A DNA stretch of 54,212 nucleotides from Paraglomus brasilianum (Eukaryota). Where the stretch lies: the NCBI GenBank assembly GCA_910592345.1, contig CAJVPI010000100.1, positions 1 to 54,212 on the forward strand. The letters are read 5' to 3'. The notes beneath the pieces are model-generated. The model had not been told where the DNA came from, did not search any database, and saw only the letters and a list, made by a program, of their open reading frames with translations. A program made the translations under genes and the position numbers. Shown here one piece after another: positions 1 to 11,900 of this stretch; the first letter of the stretch is position 1, and each line of letters starts with the position of its first letter.

Positions 1-362
1 ACCACGAATTAGTAACATTGTAGATCATTTCAGTTGCTTGAAGAGACATTTTTTCAAACTAATAAGTAGGATGCGAAAAAGAAATAAAAAACTTTTTATT
101 ATAGAAGTGTGTGGCAAAAAAGCGGTTGATATGTAATTTTTATAATTATATACGGGAATGTAAAGTGAGGAAGGGACATTTTTTTGAACAGCATATAATA
201 ATAAACATGGTTTGCTCATGAGTCATATCCTTTTTATTTCTCACACGCATAAACTAATAATAGGGCTGTGCAACAAAGACCGACGATTCAACATGTGACA
301 CACAACGCTGATAAAAAATGACGGATTATTAGACCATTACAACTCGGGTGGTGGGTGGGTAA

Positions 363-403
363 AGTATCGAGTATCAAGTATCAAGTATCAATTATCAAGT
401 ATT
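363..403. repeat. Short tandem repeat of a 7-mer (AGTATCA), about 5-6 copies
   Basis: agtatcg agtatca agtatca agtatca attatca agtatt. Confidence 0.8.
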
Positions 404-599
404 ATGATATAAACTCCCCGAAAGATCTGCACAGAAAATTACTATTTGTTGATTAATCGGAAATTGGTTTAGGAAATGGAATGATATCAAAACTATGTGA
501 AAAAAGGTAAGCTCATGCAAATGATGGCGATGGAAATGTACTTTATGTTAACAAGGTTTAGTGAAGATCAGCTGCTAAAATGGGTAGCTCCTTCAGGTT

Positions 600-838
600 A
601 TCGTTATTATTATTACTATTCACTATTTTCTATTCGCTATTTACCATCCACCGTTTGTTATTACTACAACGCAGTACACTATTCGGCTATTCCTACTCAC
701 TATTTGCCATTCACTATCCAGTTCATTATTCATTATTCACTTTTCATTATTTCATTATTTCACTATTCAGTTCATTATTCATTATTCACTTTTCATTATT
801 TCATTATTTAACTATTCACTATTCACTATTCGTTATTT
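600..838. repeat. Degenerate tandem array of ATTCACT/ATTCATT/TTCATTAT-like units
   Basis: Recurrent tattcactatt/ttcattatt units. The overlapping ORFs 497..811 and 580..1038 are low-complexity products of this array. Confidence 0.75.
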
Positions 839-1879
839 TTTGTGTTCGAAAACTAAACTTTTTTAGTGAAGTATTTGTACATCCAAAAATTGCTGCGGTA
901 TCGACAATCTTTTTTTTCTCTATAAATGCACGCAGACTGCTTAGGGTGGAGGGTGGGCGCGGCCACACCAATCCGTTATGCAGTATGCATAACGGTATTA
1001 TAAAAACGGTCGTATATGGTCTCCACGAAAGTTACTAGAAAAGGTAATTGAAGGTTAGTGGCGAAATTGCTTATGGAAAAAGATATGAATGAAAACGCAT
1101 CAACAACAGATATCGGGTTTAGATTTTGGATCAAATGATGAAGGCAGAAATTTACTATACGGTAACGAAACGTCGTTATTATAAAACTTCATTAGCTTGT
1201 GGCAAGCGATTCAATGGTAAAACCGATCTATTTGAATAATAATGCAAATTCACTCTTAAGTCTTCTGAAGTGACTATCGTGAAGAGGGAGCATATCGTTT
1301 ATAAACTTAACGATATGGAAGCTGGTTTTACTGCAAGACTTTCGCTACGATAAAGAAAGCTTTAATTAAATGCAACTTTATAACGAACACATTAGTTCGT
1401 GGAACAATTACCGTTCGTTAAGATGATTATGTCCAAGTATTAAGTGAAAGCGTTCGTAAATGAGTACTTTCGCTAAGAACAAGAATTAAAGATGTTATGT
1501 TAATATTATCATTTGTATCAAAACGAGTGAGTCTTTCTGTCGGTTCGTATCATAGTGGTTTCACTGTGCATTCCTCGGTGGCGAACATTTAATAACTTCC
1601 TTAACCAACATAAGGCTAAGTGTCGATGGTGTTAAGTGAATGAGAGTTACAAAAAGAAATTGGACAAATTAACTGCACAGCCAGTATTTCAAATGGTATT
1701 GAAGATGTTTTTTTATTAAACCCAAAGAAATTTTATTTACTTAAAGTAATGTCAATAGTTAGTACTTACACGTACTATCAAATTACGATATACTTTTTGC
1801 GGAAGCACATTACACTCTTCTTTGCTGCCTTCTCAAGTTTGTGAATATTTGAAGGCTGAAGATTGCGTTTTTTCAGTGC

Positions 1880-2591
1880 CACCGCAACTGAGAGAAAGTA
1901 GATTCATCTGACCATGTGACTTTCTTCCAGTCTGCAACAGTCCAATTCCTTCCTTTCCATTGCCCACTCGAGTCAAATTTTCCGATTTTTTTTCTAAAAT
2001 GAGAGGCTTTTTTAAAGGAATACACAAGCATACATTTTCTTCATGAAGTGCACGGTGAACTGTTCTTGTGGAAATCTGTCGGTTTTTAGCTTTAGAAATT
2101 GCTTTAGTAATTTCTCAGACTTTTGTCTCGTGTTTTTTGTTCGCAGTAACAGCGGTTTTCAATTTTTGCAATCCCCAGGATACAGTCGAACCTGGTTATA
2201 ATGAATCCTACGGGACCAGAGAAAATATTCCTTATAACCAAGTTTCTTAATGAAATTCGCTATAGCCAGCCAGATACTCAAAAACGATTGGCTTGGAGAA
2301 AATTTATCTTCATTATAAACAGATCTTCGTTATAACCAAACTTCGTTATAACCAGGTTCGACTGTACGCAGTCGTTTTTTCCTGATTAGGCTATAAAAAA
2401 CCGTTGAATTGTTGTGCAATGGCATTCTATCATTATTACGACTGTTGCATCGTTGTAACCTAGTTTGTTGCAATTATACCACCTTTTTGAGAATGACAAA
2501 TGGTACTGTACAAAAGTTAGTTTTTTATTACATATAAATTTTTTTTTCAATATCATAAATATAAAAGTGTGCAATATTTTTGTCCCCCCTG
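1880..2591 (-). mobile_element. Degenerate Tc1/mariner element: 5' half of the transposase plus one terminal repeat, interrupted by a MITE
   Basis: Across frameshifts the minus strand reads ISTRTVHRALHE...IPLKKPLILEK...LEWA...WTVADWKKVTWSDESTFSQ, covering the Tc1 HTH linker and the first catalytic D motif (WSDES). The minus-strand terminus TA-CAGGGGGGACAAAAATATTGCAC at about 2569-2593 looks like a Tc1-type TIR. Confidence 0.8.
2183..2364. mobile_element. 182-bp MITE (Tc1/mariner-pogo type) with TA target-site duplication
   Basis: TIR CAGTCGAACCTGGTTATAA is 19 bp perfect (23 bp with one mismatch). TA lies at 2181-2182 and 2365-2366. Internal TTCGTTATAACC subterminal repeats are present. Confidence 0.92.
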
Positions 2592-4597
2592 TATATACAT
2601 TCTATTGATAATGGCATAGTTACGAACTTACGTCGAGAAGATACATGTCTTGGCCACAATCTTGTTCCAACATGTTCTGTAGCATAGATTTTCGTATTGA
2701 TAACGTATAACATTCTAACAAACATTACTTTCAACCTCATGGCCAACCAATAAACTACTAGAAAAGTCTTATATAATAGAGAGGAGTTCAATAAAACAAC
2801 ATATAAAACGGTATTGAAGAAGAGATAACACCTACCATGGAAGTACTTTTACTCTTACAGTTTATTCACTATCGGTAAGTTTTGGTTTTACCCTTGGAAA
2901 AGGACTATTTACATAAGCGTGTTACATCAGCATTCTACTTATTACTTTTGTCAGATATTTTGCATCAAATAGCACCTCTTAATATTTCGATTAATTAGAT
3001 AATTTGGTGTCTAGAATAATTTTCTAACAAGTTTGAGTAATAGTAAAAACGACTGGTATAGATTATATATTTGTACGTAACAATAATTAATACTAACAAG
3101 AATACATAGTATGAAATGTGTACACTACTTGCAAATTTTAGTGCTCTTACATTATTATTACACGTATATAATATACCGAGTTGAAAATTTTTTTAAGGCT
3201 GCTGCAGAAAGTTTCTCGCATTGTAAAGAGATGCCACACGTGGGAGAGCGTTCGTGTAACGACCTTGGGATTTAGTCGTCTTCCGGCGGAACTCTTAGGC
3301 TCGTGCTAAATCGCTATCCAATTAGTGACCTTATAGGATTTATCAATATTCACAAACTTAATCCGACTATCTGTCTACGCTTGCTCTGGATATTATTCAA
3401 CATCTGAGTCACACACTCGATTGTGATTCGCTAGGGATAATTAACGAAAATCTATCGGTTGGGGAAGTCTTCAATAATAGTAACGCATTAAACACGATTG
3501 AATAATAATCCTGATGCCTAAGTTTTGATAAGTTCGATGGCAAGATCAAACTTATTAGCCGCCAATCGAGAAAGCGTTTTATCCTTAATCAGCGATTCGA
3601 TAAAACTCACCAGGGAATGAACGAAAATACAACTTATATTAAGAGCTATTCTAATTACAAGGATTATAAGGACAAATAGATCAAATATGCTGAAGATGCT
3701 GAAGATTCTGAAGACGGTTCACTATTTTGATGCGTAGTAATTTGACACCGCTATTACTATGTTACATTTGACATCATATTTCGGTATATCGGGTCATCTA
3801 TATTTCTATTTATATCTGCACAAATCTGGTGTCGCTTGTGTACCAAATATTTGCTGCACAGACGGTACCACTGAGAGAGGAATATGTCACCTTTTAGACA
3901 GAGAACAACTACAGTTAGTGATGGGCAATAATAATTTACACTGTAAAATCAAATGACATGCAACAGTACAAGTAATGATAGATTAGGGATCTGGTTAAAG
4001 GATTGGTATTATCAAATTATTATTATCATCTGTGTTTGACGCAATTAATTAAAACCGTATAAGTTTAAGGAATTTTTTGCATTAATTAAACTTATCACCA
4101 ATCCGCCTTTCAACATGGCTAACAAGCAAATAAAAGGAAACAACTCCCAGGCATTGTTTGTATCATTTACCAACACAGCAATAAATAACTTGCAAAAAAA
4201 GTTAGCGCATAGTTACCCTTCCCTAGAAGAAATATTAATATAAATTGGAAAGGTAAATAAAAGACGTCTACTCAAGATGCAATGTGTTAGTCCGATTTTA
4301 TGTCTATACCACTGAATAATAAAATACATTAATATGTACTCTGTGTGTATGATAATATTTGATTTGTCAAATTTCTCTAAGCAAAATTCTATAATTTAAA
4401 TTAAACGTGTTGCTAATTGAAAAAAAAACTTTATGGAAAAAAGTAATAAAGTTTATTATAATTTACACGCATAAGATTAATTTTGCCAGCTTGAACAAAA
4501 AAAAAGACTCATAACCGGATTTTTTTCTGGGTTAAGAGGTCTAACAAATGTATCTGCTGCTCTAAAGTAACTTGCTCTTGTTGTTGTTGTTGTGTTA

Positions 4598-4699
4598 GTG
4601 TCCGAGTTCGGGACCTGTCTCAGTTCAGATCAGTCCAGAACCCAGTTGTCTCAGTTCCGAACCCAGACACTCAGTCCAGGTCCAACTGAGGTACAACAT
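4598..4699. repeat. Relic of a small dispersed repeat or MITE family (second copy at about 25547-25612)
   Basis: GGGACCTGTCTCAGTTC (4610-4626) recurs as its reverse complement at 25590-25606. CAGAACCCAGT and CTCAGT sub-repeats occur in both copies. Confidence 0.6.
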
Positions 4700-5050
4700 T
4701 GTTGTAATTAACTATGCAACAACAAAAGTTTAGGTTAGTACAGTTTTTATTTCTATAATTAACATTTGTTAAGCGTTATTCGTATATTAATATAGCGGTT
4801 AATTTATTTTTGAATATATTTTAACCACGCATTTACAAAACCAAGGAGATTTTTGAGAGCTACTTATGCCAGTTATTTGCTCGCATAGTTGTAGGCTATC
4901 AACTAGATAACAATACTTTTATCATACTACAGTTGTAAAAGCAAAAGAACAAGAAAACTTATAAATTATTCAAAATTTGTAAACTACTGTAACTTGCATA
5001 AAACTATGATGCTGTAAAAAAACCAGAATTTTTTATAATTTATTTGTTTA

Positions 5051-5975
5051 CACATCCCTGCCAAAAAGTATTTGTCACTTTATCAAACATTCAAATCAAG
5101 TTTCCTCGGAAACTGTATTAACAACTTTTATATTTTCGAAATCCTCCTGTTATGAACTTTTTACCAATACATTGTGGGATTGCCTTCACTATTAATTACA
5201 GCTTTAACTTTTTGAGGCATGCTATTTACTAAACTCTCTAAACACTTCCAACCACTCCCCTTCCAAAACTGAAGCTAATTCTCTCTTATTTCTTGGTATG
5301 GGTTTGCTTTTCTTCCAAGATGATCCCACAAATGCTTAATTGGATTGAGATCTGGACTCTGAGCATGGAAGAGAAGATATCGAATTTTCCTCTCTCCAGG
5401 CAAGTACAGAGCTAGCCCCACGAACAGGAGCATTATCATCTTAAAAGACACAAGTTTTTTCATCATCTTAATCTAAGCTTTCAATAAAAGGAATTAAATA
5501 ATCTTCTAAAAGTTTTTTTACAGACTTGGCCTGTAATGAGAAGAGAAACCCCCTTTATTTCTGAGAATAACAGGATAAAACGCTTAAGATGGTGTCGCGA
5601 ACGTAGAGGTGGGATAACCAATGGGATACAATCATTTGGAGTGGTTTCTTTTATTCGAAAATGATGGTTAACAATGGGTTTGGCGTAGGCCTCATGAGAA
5701 ATATGATGCAGACTGTCTAGTACCCAATACGGCCAAAGAAGTTATGGTTATAAAGTACACGTTTAGCAGTACAAGTACTAATCTGGTAAGGCCTAGGCTG
5801 TTGAACAGCTCAGTAATCTCTTCAAGCGACTCTTTCCTATTATCTTTGGTTACTCGCACAAGAGTTTGCCCTTCACGCTCAGTCAAAAGAGGAGGTCTTC
5901 CTGAACGAGGAAGAGGTTCAGTGAACCTATCGTTTTCAAATTTGTTAATGACAGCAATGCTAGTAATTCTGGGTA
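5051..5975 (-). mobile_element. Degenerate Tc1-family element with an internally inverted segment
   Basis: Minus strand N-terminal part: PRSGRPPLLTERE...RVLYNHNFFGRIG. Minus strand C-terminal part: DDNAP...AQSPDLNPIKHLWDHLGRK...SMPQKVKAVINSEGNPT, stop at 5161-5163. The middle part lies on the plus strand at about 5537-5727. A TIR-like end TA-CACATCCCTGCCAAAAAGTATTTGTCAC starts at 5049. Confidence 0.88.
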
Positions 5976-8900
5976 TTCCGAGTATTTTTTATGTGAAGTC
6001 CAACAATTATTCCAAGTGTAGGATCGGAGATATAGTTATAATTAAAATACTGTCGTAATCGTTTTGACAAATCGACAGCGCTTCCTATATAAATATCCTC
6101 TGTAATTAAATTTACCCACATGTAAATACCTGATAGAGACCGATTATCTTCATTTTTTGTTTCATGATATCAGCATTCTCATATAAATGGGTAGGTTTTA
6201 GATTCATCTTTACCAGAATAGTTCGAAAACGGTGAGTTCACGAGTTTTAGGCAATTTTTATAAATATAGTAAGTAAAGCTAAAATGTGACTTTATGATTT
6301 TTGAAAGCTACGGTCTTTGTCTGTTTGAGAAAAAAATTTTTTGAATGTAGGCTAGCTACGAGGCACAATTTTATATGCCGGTCACAAAGTGACGCAAGCG
6401 TCATGTTTTTTTGCAAACTTCACCATAATCTTTCTGAAAGCAAAAATCTCCGGTCTAATATATTATTAAATTTACTTTTACCTTCTCTACTAATGGTGTC
6501 AAACCTTGATTACGCAAGTCAAAAGGCCTTGCGTATACCTGGTATGCTATCTACCGAATATACAGCAATGTATATAATCTATTCTATGCTATAGACAAGT
6601 TTGGTTATTCGTTAACAAATTAAAAAGATAAATGCAAACATCTCAATTCCGAAAAGCTAGGACATAATACAGCAAGCGATAAACAAACTTTTTGCCAAGT
6701 GCGTCTGTGTGCATGTAGCATAGACAACGAAAAGTATCTTTGGCTAAGCTTTCTAGAATAATTGCTGACAATACCTCATTAAAACTAATAAGTAATTAAA
6801 TTATTTCTAATAAGTAAGCTCTTTGCTATTTGTGAGTTTAAATTAAAATTTTAGTTTAAGCGTAAGTCTTTGCCTCAATTTGGAATCTAACGCTGGTTCT
6901 AACACGACGCATAGCGGTTAAACGAGCCTATATGTTTAATTCTGCAATAAACAGACAAAGCGTTTGTTCAATAGTCAAATAGTTTGATGCGATAATACGC
7001 CAATAAGAAGTGGAAAATTAAGCAGTTGGTTATTCGATGAGCACAATTTAAGAATTCTTACGGAATCATGAATATTAATGTCAGATGATAAGTGACGACC
7101 TATCCTTAGTTTTACAACACATTCAGTATCGTAACCTTATCTTGTCCCTATTATAATAATATGAATTCTTAACTTTCCGGTCAATGATCGCTTTAATATC
7201 AATACATTAGACCTTTCCCTTTTTAATTTTCTGTAACCAACTGCCGGAATATCGGAAAAAGAATTGGAAGAAGGGATGACTTTCCCCTTTTAGCATGTTG
7301 CATCATGCAAGATATGGTGTACGTGTCGCTGCCCCATCGTCTCTTACCGAACCTTTCCAGAAATTTGATCGAAGACTGATGTAATCGAAGCATATTAGGA
7401 GCAAAAATTGTCATTTGAGTATTGTTGCTGTCATATGTTCTTGTGCGCACTTGTATAATATCGCCTGATTAAAGGTAATCCGGCATTTGCTTAATAAGCA
7501 TCATCTGCAGCCTGGCAATGGCAAGGTTTGCGCTAAAATAAACAAAAATGTTCAAGATAAGAATGAAAAGATTACAGCAAGTTGCAAATGATCGGATACA
7601 ATGATGAGTATCGTATATAATCTATTTATTTTCGATATAAACTTAAACTAACACAAAATTTTATTCATTATATTCCTATGATAACAGTCTTACAGATTCC
7701 CGCATGGCTGATAATAATAAGAAGATTTACTAAGAGATTATCAGATCTGGTTCTCAAAGCATTGGTGTATATCTCACCCTTTGTTGTCTATTATTAATTC
7801 TTAATTCAGTAAACAGCATATCCAATTAGTCTTAATTAAGCTGACCGTTATGTTCATCGATTGTTGTTAAAGATCAAAGGAAAGAAAAGATAACAACCTA
7901 TCTCTTACCGACAACCGATACTTTGTTTACGGCTTGCGAGTTTCGAATCGTAAAGCCGGGACAGGTCAAGCTTACTAGCGAAAACCCAATATAACGTACG
8001 TCAAGCAAACTACGTTTAATATATACAATGTAATATTAAAAAGCGTATTTTTATATATTATATTTGCAATTATAATTATAAGTAATTTTAAACAAGGCTT
8101 ATGTAAGACAATTGAAGATAACGATTGAGCGGCAAATATGAGGTTACTTTCTGTAATAAGGAAACACCATTTAGGGAACTTTATTTGGTTAGTATGTCTA
8201 CTTTAATAATAAAATCTAATACTGTCTCTACTTTTTCTGCTTAATCTTGTTTGCGTAAGTTTCAACAAGATTATTAAATTTAGATAGAATCTTCTATTCA
8301 GCGAGTGCCAGTAAAAGTTTTTATATGGTTTAAAATGACCACTTTATATGCAAGTTTATTTATCGTGTGCCTGAAGAACTACTGTAGACAATGGCAATCG
8401 AATTCAATAGATAATTGAATGAAAAGAAGAACAAGATGGTGGGCGCAATTATTAAAAATAATAATAAGCAGATAGGCACGCGCTATTCTTCATAAACCTT
8501 TTATTAATTAATCTCACAATTTCAGTAACGCATTCCAATAGAAAACCTGATTCTATTGGTCAAGAAAAAAGAAGCATTGTTTAACCTGCTTATTGTTACA
8601 TCGAAACTGAAAATTGCACCAATGTATAAAATTATTTTAACAAACCGTCCAAGGCAAACGTGTACGCTCATTTAAACTGTTGCCGTCCTGCCTATCACAA
8701 AACGTCTTAATAGATCAAGCATCTGATAATACATTGCTCTAATAATCTATAGTTGCATGCTGCCTGGCACAAACATCGTAAGTCATTGACCGTCATACAC
8801 TTGATTTAATTATGATGGCTGCTGTATTCTTGTTAATATTAAACACAGGTCATCAAGCATGTATCAGCGTAAGATCTATCAACCTAAGAAATAAGTATAA

Positions 8901-11900
8901 AGAAAACCGATACTTTGAATGTTATCCGCATCCGCTGTCGTCACCGGTCTGTTGTTGTTATTGTCATATGAGATGTAAATATTTATTGAAGCATTAATAG
9001 TTGTTCTTCCCTGTAATTGGTTCATTCGGATCGCGATCTAAGATTAAATTTGTGTAACCGTGTATCCATGCGGTGCATTATAAATTCGTTAATGATATTT
9101 AACGTTTTCATTTGGATTTGAAGCCATTTAATACATGTACATGTTCTGATCAAGATCACTATCGACCAATTTGGATAAAAAAAAAAGCTCGAATAAATAT
9201 TTACCTCCAATAATTTATGTATAGTCGGACACAACGAGTGTATGGTTATGATGGAAAACTTATAAGCGGTTGCCACAGGTTATTATTTAACTTATATTTG
9301 ATGACGTTTCCATTAATACTGTATGTGAATAAATTAACCAATATTCTCACTGTGTTTTTTTTTTTTTTTTCAAATTTGTCTCATGTCATCATAAATTCAA
9401 CTTTCGAGATTCTCTAAACATCTCAAACATAAAGCCTTAGTTTCTATGCCAAGACAGAAAAACATGTCTGGAAAATTTATACTTTATGGTATGCGTATGG
9501 GAAAGCTAGCAAGATCAGTGTAGTAGAGATTAAGGTCAAAAGTGTACGATTTCGTCGTAGGTGATCGGCAATGTCAGTAGATCAAAAAACCGTCGCTTTT
9601 CAAAGCTAAAGTCTTTATTTATTACATTAGTAAAAATTTCCAAGTCTCGTAAACCGACGTGTCTCAATTCGAAAACAATTGGCTACATCGCTCAGAGATA
9701 CCAGTCTTTTGACTGAGAGCATGAGCAAACTCATGTACAATTAGAAAAGTTGTTTGAACAGTTACGGAAAGTTCAACAGCCCTAGTCATTACTCAGAATA
9801 GTGCGGATTGAGGTACATGTTATTTAGGAATTTAGTAAATAGCTGCCAAGACGAAGTTTATCATGTTGGTAGTGGTAGAAAACAGACATGAACGTCAGTC
9901 TTGCGTGAATAATGTTTGCCATCCCAACATTCTAACTTAATCATTAGGAGAATCTTTATTCTCTGTTAGTAAGCATGTATGTATAAATTATAAGTTTGTT
10001 TTTTTTTCCACTTTATGCAACATAAAAAGTGAAGCAGGAGTGAGTCTTGTTAAAATAATAACTGTCGCATAGTAGGTTGCTTAATCAAGAAAGAAATTTA
10101 AATATCTTAAACGAATGCAATTGTGAAAATAACCAATTAGCCTTGGTAAAACTAGTTTACTTCAAGTTCAAGCAGAAAAGTTCAACTCAATCTTCATAGT
10201 GGGGGAAAGAAAATTAGTTAGCAAGAATAATCAAATAGTTACTTACGGTACTCAACCATTTTCGTTGTGTTACAATTGAAATGATCATCATTGCGAACAT
10301 GAAACTGACAAATCATTTCAGTGTACAAGTTCCCTAAGAAAAGACGGCATATCTTTTATTAGGATAATCTGCGGATCATTATTTAGGTGCATGCTATAAA
10401 AAGGGATAAATAACTCTTATTAATAATTCGTAATCAACATTGCGAACTATCATTTGACGTCATAGCCAAGACATACGGAAAGTATTCGTCAACCGCCGAA
10501 ATGTACTCGTTAACTGCATGACGTTATTCTCGTACTCATCTTTCTGACGCAACGAATGAACAATATTTGTTTGAGATGACTAATAGAATTGTAATCTCGA
10601 ACTCGAGCAAAAAGTTAATTTATTATAATGGAAGAACCGCTCATCCGAAAACAACGTGACCAAACATAATAATTTTTATTACTCTTTTGTTTAACAGCAA
10701 GTGAGCAAGATATTGTATTACACGTAAATTTGACCATAACACACGCAAAATGTAAAGTTAAAAGATTCCCTGACTATGCAATAACCACCACATTCATTAT
10801 ATAGTGCTATTTGACTACCTTTTTGTTTCGCAAATTTATTTGTCACGCATACCCTATTTAATTAAAGACATGAAATTTTATAAAATGAAAAAGAAAGAGA
10901 GAGAAGAGAAGAATAATAGGAGTACCCAAGGAAATACAAACTGATTAAGCAAAAAGAAACCCCTTTCCTGTGATTTTACTAGAAAATGTGACGTTTTTGG
11001 TAGGCGTGAAAGCGATAACACTTTTGTGATACCCCTTATACTACAAACGTCACCCACATGTACGAGATAAATTTAAAACAAGTTAATGCCTGCTTTATAA
11101 TCATTGTTAAGAAAGACTAATTGGGATACGTGAACCAAACGTTTTTCTAATATCATGGCTAGCCAAAGCAGTAATTGTTCAAGGAACGGTATCATCTAAA
11201 AGTAATAAGCTGCACATTAATAAATCAGATACCGTTGAATAACGCCAACTTTGTTGTCTCCGCGAGTACAGAGTGTGACAAACATGTATACTTACCGTGG
11301 ATTACAAAAAAAAATTGCAGATCTTTTTATCCTCGGATATTCGCCATGTATTAGTCGCTTATAAACTGTATTTGTCCCTTCGTAATGCAACCGCTGTGGA
11401 CAAACGCATACACAGTTACGTAAGCGATATATAAATGTCGTGCGTATTATTTCTGCAAGATGAAAGAAACTATAGTTGATTTCTAAAATTACGCGAGTAG
11501 AGATCAGATTTCCTATTTGGCTTATAAACTCCTGATATGAACAAATGGGATTCAAACCCTTTAATGAGCAATCGATGCGTAAGGTAAGCGAAAGCACAAT
11601 GAGTATTTTTTTATCCGACATGAAAGTATTATGTAATCAGCATCACATATGATATTAATAATGATAACGTGGGATACATATTCTGCTCCTTTTTTTGGAT
11701 ATTACTAACAACCATTCCAGTAATATGGAAGTCTATCTGTCAACTATCAAGCGTTTGCTTTATCTTTCTGCTCTGGACCATATCTGCTGGAACAAAACAT
11801 CGGATCACAAGTCCTAATCAAATTTTGCCAAAAAACAATATGAACGTACACGTGCGATTGTCCATTGATAACAAACTACGATCAATGACCATTGATTGGC

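Noticed and set aside
600..838. CRISPR-like array
   Set aside because: The context is eukaryotic, with no constant repeats separated by unique spacers and no cas genes.
497..1038. ORFs of 104 and 152 aa
   Set aside because: They are translations of the degenerate tandem repeat.
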